A DNA stretch of 63,523 nt, counting the filler, from Folioceros fuciformis (lineage: Eukaryota), in the NCBI GenBank assembly GCA_049999805.1. It is 17 parts of 17 records of this genome, joined end to end, with 100 filler letters (N's around TTAATTAATTAA, not from the genome) between each part and the next. Parts side by side here need not be neighbours in the genome. Positions count along the whole stretch, not along the records: positions 19,341 to 25,977 come from JBNGIO010003288.1; positions 26,078 to 27,468 come from JBNGIO010003289.1; positions 27,569 to 33,748 come from JBNGIO010003290.1; positions 33,849 to 36,277 come from JBNGIO010003291.1; 13 more parts are not named here. One strand, 5' to 3'. A program made the translations under genes and the position numbers. The notes beneath the pieces were generated by a model, which had not been told where the DNA came from, ran no database searches, and was given only the letters and a program-made list of their open reading frames with translations. Below, piece after piece: positions 25,208 through 36,377 of this stretch. Numbering within the stretch: the stretch's first letter is position 1; each line of letters begins with the position of its first letter.

Positions 25208-25717
25208 TCATGCACTCCAGTGTTTGGGCGATGTCGCCCTGATCTCTGAATTCGCAGTAGCAACTGAAGCATGTACAGAACAAGCACAGTTCCGAACTAT
25301 AGGTATGTTTGAATTGGTCACTGAACTGATAGCATGTGTCTCTTTGCCACAATCCTTAAGCAGTGAGGCAATTCCACACTCAATATCATGAAGTTGAGTC
25401 GCCACCACTCGTTGGCTATCCAGAATACGCCGCAGCAGGAAAGTTATAGAATCCAATCGTACATTTAGATTAGCCACTGCAGGATCAACCACCTTGTATC
25501 TGATTCGTCCTTTACGAGCCCCTAGGGACAAATCTCTTGTAAAAACATCATCAGAGAACGAAGCAGACGGAAAATCATGCCAGTGCAGATGTGTATTCAG
25601 TCCTGAATTTCTCCGAAACTGAAAAGGCCTATTAGGCAAGTAATCCCGATGAGAAAATTGCCTAGCCAGAAACTAGGGCAGCGATTCCGTTGAGAACCGC
25701 TGTCTGCCCCGTGCCAT
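25208..25717 (-). pseudogene. ORF0: 169-codon accessory ORF between PBS and gag (one TAG)
   Basis: ATG at 25717 is in frame with listed ORF 25208-25639: MARGRQRFSTESLP*FLARQFSHRDYLPNRPF...PAVANLNVRLDSITFLLRRILDSQRVVATQLHDIECGIASLL... Confidence 0.6.
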
Positions 25718-26077
25718 TAACACATCTAATTAAGAAACATCTAAACATCAATCGATTCCATAAAATTCCACAACTGCCTAAAGAAAAGTTTTACTAGATC
25801 ATAGCAAACACGCGTACACCTATTAAAGAAGACAGACTACACAAAGAGAAACTGTCTCTAACCAAGGATGTGCAAAGAAATTCATGGCTCTGATACCATG
25901 TTTGGCGGAAGCATGAAGATTTACAAGACACTAAGCCATGACACCAAAAGAGAATCTGACAATAATAATAAAATAGTNNNNNNNNNNNNNNNNNNNNNNN
26001 NNNNNNNNNNNNNNNNNNNNNTTAATTAATTAANNNNNNNNNNNNNNNNNNNNNNNNNNNNNNNNNNNNNNNNNNNN

Positions 26078-27468
26078 CCACTGGCTAGCCGCCTGGCCAG
26101 CCTGCTGCTGGCTAGATCTGGCTGGGCAGCCAACCGGATCTAGTAGGCCCCCCTTACCAACCTGCCCGCGTGCCTGGGCTCCAACAGCCGGGCCTGGCCT
26201 GGATCCACCTCGGCCAGCCGCCAGCAGCTGGGCCACTGCTGGCCCGGCCACCTGCTAGATCGCCTACACTCTTCCCCCTCCCGGCCAGGCGGCTACCTGG
26301 CTGCCCAGCCGGATCTACTTGCCAGTCCGACCGGCCCTGGCCGCTGCTTGCATGCTGACGACCCGGGCTACCTGCTCCTTGAGCCTGCGGCCAGCCGGAT
26401 CCCGGCCCGACCAGCCATGGCCGCTGCCTACATGCTGACGACCCGGGCTACCTGCTCCTTGAGCCTGCGGCCAACCGGATCCCGGCCCGCCCCAGCCCGG
26501 ATTCGATCCCGGCCTGCCCTGCCCAGAGTGCCCTGCCGACAGCCCGCCTCCAGCGTCCCGCCAGGCCGACAGCGCCCGCCTGGCCGACACTAGGCTGCCT
26601 GCCTGCAGCTGGACGAAGCTGCTTGTTTCCAGGCATGACCAACCACAACCAGCCTAGGCGCCCAGCCGGGCCTCTTGCACTCCGGCTGGCCGATTTGCCC
26701 AAGCAGGTCGGTAGTCCGATCAGCCAACCTGTCCGCCCTGATCCGACTGGCCGACAGCCTGCTTGGGATCTTGCAGCCAGGCTGCTGTCTAGCTTCTTGA
26801 TCTCGCCCCGGCCATCTAAAGCTCCTAGCCAGCTGTCCTGATGGACGCGATCCAAGATAGCCAGCCATGACTGTCTGAACCCTGCGTCGCCTGGTTGCTG
26901 CTATCAGGCTGCCCCTTGTGCATGTGGCCAGCCGGTCCCGCGGCCCAGCAGAGATCCTAGCCGGGATCCGATCCCGGCAGCCTGCTTGCCACCGGCGCAG
27001 GCTGGGCTGCTTGGCTAAGCTCCTTAGCCAGCCATCACCAGCCAGCAGCCCCTCTACCATCCTTCTCGCATACCTGGCCCCCCTCCTGGCCAGCACGATC
27101 TGGATCAGCCAGAGGCCCGTTTGGCTACGATCCAGCGCCGCCTTAGGCTGTCCAGCCCAGCTGCGACCAGCCGCCATGGCCAGGCCACCTGCCCAGCCAG
27201 CCTGAATCCGGCTGGCCAGGCTGCTTGGGCCCTACAGCCAGGCTGCTGCTTGGCTTCCGGATCCGGATCCGGCCCAACCTGTTGCGTCTTGATCTGCCCC
27301 TGTAGCCGGCCAGCGGCCGCCTGACCTAAGCCTCACCTGCCAGCCTTACCAGCCAGCCTCCAGCGCCGCCTCTGGGCTGCCTAGTTCAGATCTGCCTCTG
27401 CCGATCGATCCGGCTACTAGCAGGCCTGGATCACCAGACCCCGCCTAGCCTGGATTCCTACAGCCTCT
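26078..27468 (+). repeat. GC-rich oligomer mosaic (family A core, opposite orientation)
   Basis: Whole contig is built of CCAGCC/GGCCAG/GGATCC/CTAG motifs; internal ~80-bp tandem duplication at 26351-26490. Confidence 0.7.
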
Positions 27469-27568
27469 NNNNNNNNNNNNNNNNNNNNNNNNNNNNNNNN
27501 NNNNNNNNNNNNTTAATTAATTAANNNNNNNNNNNNNNNNNNNNNNNNNNNNNNNNNNNNNNNNNNNN

Positions 27569-30500
27569 CGGGGCTAACCACTTTATGACTGTCGTTGATG
27601 ACTTCAGTCGATATAAGTTTGCGTTTCCCATCCATCTTAAGAGTGACTCGTTTAATGTGTTCTCACCCTTTGTTGCTATGGTCGAGTTACAGGCTGGCCG
27701 TAAACTTCGATGTATTCGGTCCGACAATGCGGGAGAACTCAACAACCATCAGTTTCACGACTTCTGCGTGCAATGCAGTATCTTGCGTCAGTTCACTATT
27801 CCATACACCTCTGAGCAGAATGGTGTGGCCGAGAAGGCTAATGGCGATTTGATGTCCATGGCTCGTGCCATGCTGACTCAGTCTCAGCTACCCAAGTCCT
27901 TCTAGGCTGAGGCTGTGTCTACTGCGGCATACATTAAGAACAGGGTCCTTACTAAGGCGGTTTCGGGCCGTACACCCTACGAGTGCTGGCATGGGAGCAA
28001 GCCTCTAATTTCACATCTTCGTGTTTTTGGCTGCCCTGCCTATGCTCTTGTCCCTTTGCAGCACCGCGACAAGCTTGATGCTTGTGCTCGGAAGCTGGTC
28101 TTTGTGGGCTATGGTGATGATCGCAAAGCCTACAAGCTCGTGGACATTGCCACTCGGACTCTAATCTATGCGCGCACTGTCACCTTTGATGAAGCCAATA
28201 TAGTGCCTGCTCTCAGGACGTCCTTGGAGCTTCCTCTGGCTGGAGCACTCCCCGCTCCCCTGGTGACATCTCTCTTGAACACATTGTTCAGCCCTTTACT
28301 TTTCCAGCTGGTGGTGTTCCTCCTCCTCCTCCTGTGGCTCCTATCCCTCAAGCAGGTCCGGTGCCGCCAGTTGCTGGTCTTGCTCCTCACATGTAGCCCG
28401 CTCCTGCGCCCCTTGTTCCTGCTCGAGAGGGGGACATGGAGATAGACCACGAGGCAGTAGCGGAGGACCCTCCTATGGAACAAGGTGATGTTGAACATGT
28501 TGGTTTTGATCAAGTGGTGCCCCCATGATATTCCTCCATCCCCTCCTAGGCCATTGGCTGCTCCCGAGCGTAGATATCCCACTCGTGTGCGTCAGCCTAG
28601 GCATCTCTGGAAGGACCTACCATTTAACATTGAGTTTAATCAAGCTCACTTAACCTATTGTGATTCTATGGATGCTCTCTATGCCTTAAGTGTTGCTGTT
28701 GCAAAGGGAGATCCTTTAACCTTACAGGAGGCTTACTCCAGACCTGAGGCAGCTAAATGGAAGCTGGCCGTCGATGATGAGTATAACTCATTAATCAAAA
28801 ACAATACCTGGTCTCTTGTCAGCCTGCCCAAGGGTAGAACTACTATCAAATGCAAATGGGTTCTTAAGACTAAGTTCCAGGAAGTTGAGCCTAGAATCCG
28901 CTACAAAGCGAGATTAGTGGCTAAGGGGTATAGTCAGAAAGAGGGAGTTGATTATCAGGGCGATAAGGTCTACTCACCCATAGTTAAAGCTGCGTCCGTA
29001 AGGATGCTCCTTGCTTTATGTGCTAAACTAAACTTAGAGATTTATCAGCTAGATGTGTGCACGGCCTTTCTCTATGGTCATTTACAGGAAGAGATCTACA
29101 TGGATCAGCCTGAGGACTACGTAGACAAGGCGTGCCCACACAAGGTGTGTAAACTCAATCGATCCATTTATGGACTCAAGCAGAGCCCATGCTTGTGGTA
29201 TGAGAGGATGGACTCTTATCTCAAGAAAATAGGGTTTGTCCAAAGTGAAGCTAACACTAACATCTATGTTCTACGCAAATATAGCTCTCGTGCTAGTCGC
29301 TCTCTATGTGGATGACTTGGTCATTCCAGGGAACAACGTAGACCTAGTCAACAAGATCAAGGCTGACCTCAACAGGGAATTCGAGATGAAGGACCTGGGA
29401 AAGGTTAAGTATATCCTTGGCATGCATGTACACAAAGAGAGTACAGGTGCTATTTACCTTCACCAGGGTAGATACGTAGCTGGTATGCTCAAACGCTTCA
29501 ACATGGAGAATGCAATGGTGTCAACCACACCAGGTGCCTTTGGCGTCAAGCTCTCTTCTGCCTCATGTCCACAATCTAAAGAAGACAAGAAAGAAATGGA
29601 GAATATCCCTTACCGTATGGCCGTAGGTACTCTTATGTTCTTGAGTAATCAAACAAGGCCCGATATCTCCAACACTATAAATGCAGTTGCTCAATTCTCT
29701 GAGAACCCAGGAAAGGTTCACTGGATAGCCCTTAAGCGTATCATGAGGTACCTCATGGGTACACCCAATTATGGTCTTTGCTATAAACCCAGCGGGAAGA
29801 AGCGTCTGCAACTCACCTGCTACATAGATGCAGATTGGGCTTCTGACGCTGATACCCGCAAAAGTATATCAGCCTTTTGCTTTCTCGCCAGCTCCTCCGT
29901 AGTTAACTGGTCTTGTAGAAAACAAGCAGCCATCTCTTTATCTTCCACAGAGTCAGAGTACAAGGCACTCACCGAAGCTACAAAGGAGGCTGAATGGGAA
30001 AGGAAGCTATGCGAAGACTCGGGTATGAAGCAGGAAGGGCCAACTATTTTGCATTGTGATAACATGTCAGCAATTGCTTTGGTTGCTAACCCCGTCTTCC
30101 ATGCACACACCAAGCATATAGAGATACAACATCATTATATCAGGGATGCTGTTGAGAGAGGTATTGTCAAGGTTCAATATATACCTACCGACAACAACAC
30201 AGCAGATGTGCTGACCAAGTCCTTGCCCAAGTTTAAACACTGTTACCAAAGGGAAGGGCTTGGATTGGTGGATTGTAGTAGTTACATGACACTAGATAAG
30301 TCACTCATTTGGTAGGACCTTTCACTACACCTATTATCCGTCACTTGGGTTGGTGTTTCGAAGCAGACGGCATGCTTCTCCTCTGGTCTCTAGAGTGGTG
30401 TTCTACTTTGAGAGGTCCTGTAGGCTACAGGCTCTGCAAGAGTGAGGACGACCGACTCTTGATGATAGCCGATTTGAAGATGTTTGAAGCTTGGCGTCAA

Positions 30501-30776
30501 CGGTGGTGATCTCCGTTTGTATTTAGGAGCTCTCAGTTCACAGCAACCAGCATGTGTCTGAGAGGGAGAGTTAGAATATAAGGCAGACCACGTGGTTCTG
30601 TATCACATTGGTTAGTCTAACTAGACCTAGTTATAAGTGCAGTTAGTTAACTGGTAGGCTAGTTATAGGACGCACCCCTTGGTAAACCGCTATTTAAGGC
30701 CTACCTTTGTATCCACCTATTCAGTTGCTAATAGATCATCTTCGATGCATCTGTTTCCGCGTTAGCAATTCTAACT
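27569..30776 (+). mobile_element. 3' half of a copia element (INT-RT-RH, PPT, 208-bp 3' LTR)
   Basis: VVDDFSRY, RSDNAGE, YKARLVAKGY, LYVDD, YIDADWASD, KHIEIQHH. PPT GAGAGGGAG at 30560-30568; LTR 30569-30776 bounded by AGTTAGAAT/ATTCTAACT. Confidence 0.92.
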
Positions 30777-32039
30777 TGATTTGCTTAGGAGTTGAGAAGA
30801 AAGAAAGGTAGACCCTCCATCCCTCCTGTAGAGAGAGACTCTGTCACTCCTTCATGCAAACAAAACGAAAGTGGGATAAGTGTGGAAACTAGAGGCCAGT
30901 CCAAGCCCTCTCAACAGACAGGTGCCTAGGGTTTTCCCATCATACCATGGCCGTTGCACTTTTGCAGGGCCATGATGCAAAGATCTTTTCCTTACATTGG
31001 ACTTTTGGGGAGCTCTTGGACCCGACATCACTACTCCAAAATGTGGCCACATTGTGATTGGCATGCTTGCATGCCAAGTAAGGGAAGTTCACGTCACAAC
31101 GATAATGGGCCCCAAAGAACACAACATGGAAACTCTATGTTGACAACTTTATATAAATTTAGATCAATTATTCACTAGATAAAAACATTGTTTGTTAAGA
31201 CTAACTTGCTTATGCAACAAAAACAACTAAACTTGGAAAAGTGAAAAGGTCTATCTAATCACCTAAATAAGAAAAACCTAATGAAAGGACACTACTTGGA
31301 TAACCCTAGCTCAACATATCATAATTAAATATATGTACTAAACCCTTAAACCCTAATCACAAGGTCAACATTATTTATCAATACTCCCACTTGTTGATTA
31401 TGATTCAAGGACAATCTTCACTTACACAAGCTACTTATGAGACTGTGGAGTTGAGCGCTGGATTGCCCAAGTTTAAGTTGTGGCACCTTCTTGTATGTCG
31501 CTTTAAACTCCAACTTGCTGACATTTTTGGTCACCATAGATAACTATTCTAGTGTGAAGCCACCAAAATACAGGTGCGTTCCTTTAATAGTTCTCCTTTG
31601 TGGCTTGAGGCTTAGTTGTGTAAAGCACCTTGAAAGCAGACTTATTGTGCTCACAATGTCGTCTTCACCTAAAATTACTCGTAAGCGTCAAAACCACCTA
31701 TGGGATAGCCTAGGCAAATTTGCCTCTACATGAGCAACTGCCTCATGCAAGGGAAAAGTGCCAGACACAAGAGTTGGAGAAACGATTGCCAAGCGCAAGC
31801 TAGGTAGACCTAAAGGCACAACCAAGGAGTATATGTAGCACCGCCAGAAGGTGACTTCAAGAACTACCAAGAAAGGAGCAAACATGGGACATCCATATGC
31901 TCCACGCACTACCATTGAGAATGCCAAAGTTGTCAAATATGTGAGACCGCACCCTATGCATGCAAAATTTTCTTACTCCGAGGATGGTCTAACCCTCGTC
32001 ATCCTTTGAGATTTCCTAAACCATTTGACTTGTTTAAGG

Positions 32040-32680
32040 GACTTCATCCGCAAATTTGTGGATGTAGTTTTAACGGAGGATATGGTGCACATCAAGGACC
32101 TTCATCAGCTTGGGGACCCATAGGTGGCCTACGGCATCCTCTCCACCGGCTTTGCGTGATGCCTCAAGTACCTTATCCGCACTGTGCCTCCATCCCCAGA
32201 TTTTCTTCCCAAATTTAGGGACTTCGACAAGTAGGTATTGAAGGAATTAGGGGACATTGTTGGCCCGGGTTCATTCACCTGTACTATAGGTGATTTGGCT
32301 AGGAGACATGCATCCCTACCCATTGCTTTGGGCGGCATTGGGCTACTTGCCATGGAGGCCTCTGCGCCAGCTGCTTTTCTTGGTAGTTGGGCGCTCTCTG
32401 CCCCAACTTTGGTGACTCGATTCTCCATCAAAAACTCGGGCGTTTTAGAGTAGTTTAGCACCGAAGTTGAGGAAGGGTCATTCCCCTTCCAGAATTCCCT
32501 CAGGAAGGCCCAAGTTCTCTTATTCTCACAAGCCCAATTGGTCGTGCCTTCTTTTTCCTCCTGCCTTTGTGGGGGAATGAGGGGGCTTCATGCCACCCTC
32601 ATGGAAAAGCATTTTGGGCAAGAGCTGTAGGCCCTCATGCTAGATTCCTCCGTTGACAAGAAGGACTGGGCACACCTTTG
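32040..32680 (+). pseudogene. Degenerate non-LTR retrotransposon RT C-terminal region, CRE-like
   Basis: LHQLGDP*VAYGILS...KYLIRTVP and LARRHASLPIALGGIGLLAMEASAPAAFLGSWAL match my recollection of the CRE-clade pattern Q..LP...GG.GL......AF..S. Confidence 0.5.
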
Positions 32681-32957
32681 TGGAACATAGAATTTCGAGC
32701 TAGTGTTCCAATTTTGGTACAATTTGTACAAATGCGGCTAGTATAGGGAAGGTTGGTTCCTTCCTAGTTGGTTTTGGTTCTATTTTCTATTTTTATTTTT
32801 CAGCGGCTGTATATGTGAGTGGGTTGTTCACGCATGGTAAGGAAAAGCGTCTGTCCGAGGGACATGAGTCTTATGGATCTATCAGGGGGGGCAGAAGTGG
32901 TTTGGTACCAAACCAATAGGTTTGGTAAGAGGTCCAGGCAAGGACTTGGTAAACCTG

Positions 32958-33146
32958 GCTGCATGCAAGAACCCTAAGTCCCCAGATTGCATGCCGACAC
33001 TCTAAGTCCCCAAGTGGCATGCGAGAACTCCAAGTTCCTAGGTTGCATGCAACCACTCTAAGTCCCCAAGTGGCATGCGAGAACTCCAAGTCACCAGGCT
33101 GCAACCACTCCAAGTTTCCATGCGACATGCGGCCACTCTAAGTCCT
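32958..33146. repeat. Degenerate tandem repeat, ~28-bp unit
   Basis: Recurring GCATGC...ACTC(T/C)AAGTCCCCA. Confidence 0.7.
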
Positions 33147-33848
33147 TAGGTGCTTGGGAGCTTAGGGAAAGTAGCGTTTGTGAGCAAACGGAGGGGCAGC
33201 AGGGATATGTGAGTTGCAGGAGGTAGGGAGGCTGCCATAGTGGAGGGGCAACGAGATTGGACAGTGGAGAGGTAGTGAGGCTGCCAAGGGGGAGAAGAAA
33301 CGCGGCGGTTGCCCCTCCTATTGTTTTTTTCCCCTTCCGTGATCAAGGAGCAACCTGGAGGCAAGATCCTAGGGATCTGTGAGTTGGAGGTGGCCTAGGC
33401 TGCATGCGAGGAGGGCTGAAGCAACGTGGAGGAGGCTGTGAGCAAAGGGAGTGAAGAGCCGCCTCCCAAGACTCCACTTTTCTCTCTAATTTGCTGATCA
33501 AGGAGAGCTGGTTTCAGTGGGGGTTTTTGCACCCACTTGAGCTGCTGATTTTAGTGTGGAGAGCAACGTGTGGAGTCAGCCAACCACCCTCTAGAGGGCT
33601 GTTCATAAGAGCTGATTGCTTAGGCTGTGAGAAAGGGGAACGGGGTGCAGATCTTGGTCTTTTTGTGTGTTTCTTTCCTTTCTTTCACTCACAGGCAAGG
33701 AGCAAGGCAGGTGCCTCAATCTCCACGGGCTGTGGCTGAGCGTAAAGGNNNNNNNNNNNNNNNNNNNNNNNNNNNNNNNNNNNNNNNNNNNNTTAATTAA
33801 TTAANNNNNNNNNNNNNNNNNNNNNNNNNNNNNNNNNNNNNNNNNNNN

Positions 33849-35922
33849 CTGCTATGACAGGGGAGAAGATGTCAGAGGTGGACGCTATCGCCCAACTGCT
33901 GAGCAGTCTTCCTGCCTCCTATCAGACCTTTGTCACTAGCCAAAACGGCCCCATACGTGTTGCCGCAGTTGCCTCTGGCCAGATAGCGACCTTTACCTTG
34001 GAGGAGGTGATTGGTGCCCTATTCCAGGAGGAGCAAAGCTGCACCTTCTCATCCACCTTCAAGAACAGAGGAGAGAAGGTATTAGCCATAAACTTCCGAA
34101 AAGGGAGAACCAAGCCCAGAAGCACAGTAATGCAAGGACAGAGGGGGAACCTTCAAAACCTATTAAGAGGCCTGGCAACTGTAATTGGTGCGGCCTCCCT
34201 GGCCACTGGGCCAGAGAATGCGAGAAAAGAAGGGCCGGCGACCCCTCCAGGTAGCAAAAACCAGCTGCGAACGTGGCCGTGAGGCAGAACAAATCAGGAG
34301 ACTCTCAGGCTCTTGTTAAGATACTGACAGTCTGTCTGTCCAGCACTCTCAGCGACGATAGCTCCTGGTACCTTGACTCTAGGGCAACGACCCATATCTG
34401 CAAGAAACAGGACCTCTTCAGCACCCTTGACCTAACACAAAAAGGAGGTCAAGTATACCTCGCAGATGAGCAGAGCAAGACAAGCCTGCATATCGAGGGC
34501 AAGGGTACTTGTGTTTTTAGCCTCCATGACGGCACTAAACTAACCTTAACAGACGTCATTTATGTTCCAAGCATGGCCAAGAACCTCGTGTCCATGAGCC
34601 AGCTCATGGGACAACGGGCTTTCTACATGCATGCAGACTCTGAGCACTGCTGCTTCTGCAGGCAGTCCTCTCCCCACACATGTGCCTTTGAGGGATTGCC
34701 TGAGAGCAACCTATACAGGCTTAATATCACCTGTCATAGCTTAGACCTACATACAGAGGCTGCCCACTCAACCACAGGCCCCAACCTAAGCCAGGCACAG
34801 CAGGCTTCGTTGTGGCATGCCCGCCTAGGACACGTCAATAGGTCCAAGCTAATCAATATGTCAGCCCTAGAGTGCCACCGAGAACCTCTACCTAAGTGCT
34901 TTCAGCAGTTACCTGTGTGCGAATCATGCATTATTGCCAAGCAGAAGGAGTCTTCATTTCCCGACTCACCTGCATAGAGGGCTACCTGGGTTCTTGAGTT
35001 AGTCCATGCGGACATTTCAGGCAAAGTCCATGAACCCTCCCTTGGAGGTGCTCGCTACTTTCTAACAATCAATGATGACCACAGCCATTATACATGGACC
35101 TACGCCATGCAATTGAAGAGCGACACCTATGCCTGCTTCAAGGAATGGCTTACCATAGGCAGTCGGGACAGCTCCTGAAGACCCTTAGGACTGACAACTG
35201 CACCGAATTCATCAACTCATCCTTCGATGACCTCCTACAGGCCTCAGGAATCCTATGCCAACTTACAATGCCCTACACATCGCAATAGAACGGTGTGTCA
35301 GAACGTAAGAACCAAACCCTGCTTCAATGACAAGAAGCATGCTCCTATGGGCAAACGTACTACAAGGCTACTGGGCCGAGGCCATAGTGGCAGCGACCTA
35401 CATCCTTAATTGCATTATTACCAGTACTGTCCCAACCAAGACCCCTTTTGAGGTATTCTGGAACAAGAAGCCTAGCCTCCTGCACCTCCACGTTTTCGGA
35501 TCTCATGCCTATGCCCATATTCTTGCAGAGAAAAGACACAAGTTGGACAACCGCTCAGAGGCACTCATCCTGGTTGGCTACAGTGAGCATTCCAAGGCAT
35601 ACAAGTTATATAATCCTGATACTGACATTATTGTGCTTGCAAGGAGCGTCACCTTTATAGAGCCCTGTACTCTTGCAACATAGGACTCTCCTCCAGTGGC
35701 CCCAATCCAGCCAACTGATCAAGCCTCAGTCTTCCCTGTCGACGACGACGAACCTGCACCGACAGCACCAATCCCTGTTATGACACCACCCGATAACATC
35801 CCTGCTGATCCCGCTACAGCCTCGAATCAACCTGCCTTGGACGTAGAGGGGGAACTGGGGACAGCTGACCTGGGGATGGCTGATGAACCAGTCGAGCCAG
35901 CTGACCCTCCCGAGCCTCCAAC
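33849..35922 (+). pseudogene. copia gag-PR-INT fragment, truncated by family B LTR insertion
   Basis: LLSSLPASYQTFV, CNWCGLPGHWAREC, WYLDSRAT, LWHARLGH, RTDNCTEF, WAEAI; several stops and frameshifts. Confidence 0.9.
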
Positions 35923-36277
35923 TGTGGAGGCAAAACCTCGAGCACTGATTGCCAACGGGTTCCACCTTTAGTGGCCACACTTATCCGACTGTCGTTGAGA
36001 CATTGGGTTTCGTTCCCACGAAGGAGCGATGGGGTTCCTTGCTGTTGTGGATGGAGGGTTGGACTTGATCGACTTGATGATGGATTCGAGGGCTCCCCTC
36101 CAGCTCTGATCAGGCGTAGGACATGCCTCGCTGTCCGGCGGTCAACTGCACCTCTCTCGGTGCCCACAAACTCACTCCAGTAACTACAACGACCCTAACC
36201 TCTTAGATCTGCGACTTCCCTCACTCACTTCACTCACTCTCTCACTCCAGCACCAACACCAGCAACTAACAATGACA
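35923..36277 (+). mobile_element. LTR-like repeat (family B), 5' end
   Basis: TGTGGAGGCAAAACC start; near-duplicate of 14723-15075. Confidence 0.75.
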
Positions 36278-36377
36278 NNNNNNNNNNNNNNNNNNNNNNN
36301 NNNNNNNNNNNNNNNNNNNNNTTAATTAATTAANNNNNNNNNNNNNNNNNNNNNNNNNNNNNNNNNNNNNNNNNNNN

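Larger units (their letters stand above)
19341..25977 (-). mobile_element. Near full-length Ty1/copia LTR retrotransposon with two accessory ORFs
   Basis: Partial LTRs at both contig ends share a 47-bp identical overlap (reconstructed LTR ~178 bp, TG...CA). PBS TGGTATCAGAGCC at 25886-25898; PPT AAGAGGGAG at 19487-19495; domain order gag-PR-INT-RT-RH. Confidence 0.95.

Noticed and set aside
31795-31830. KRKLGRPKG AT-hook-like peptide
   Set aside because: Isolated short motif in a stop-ridden frame with no supporting gene structure.
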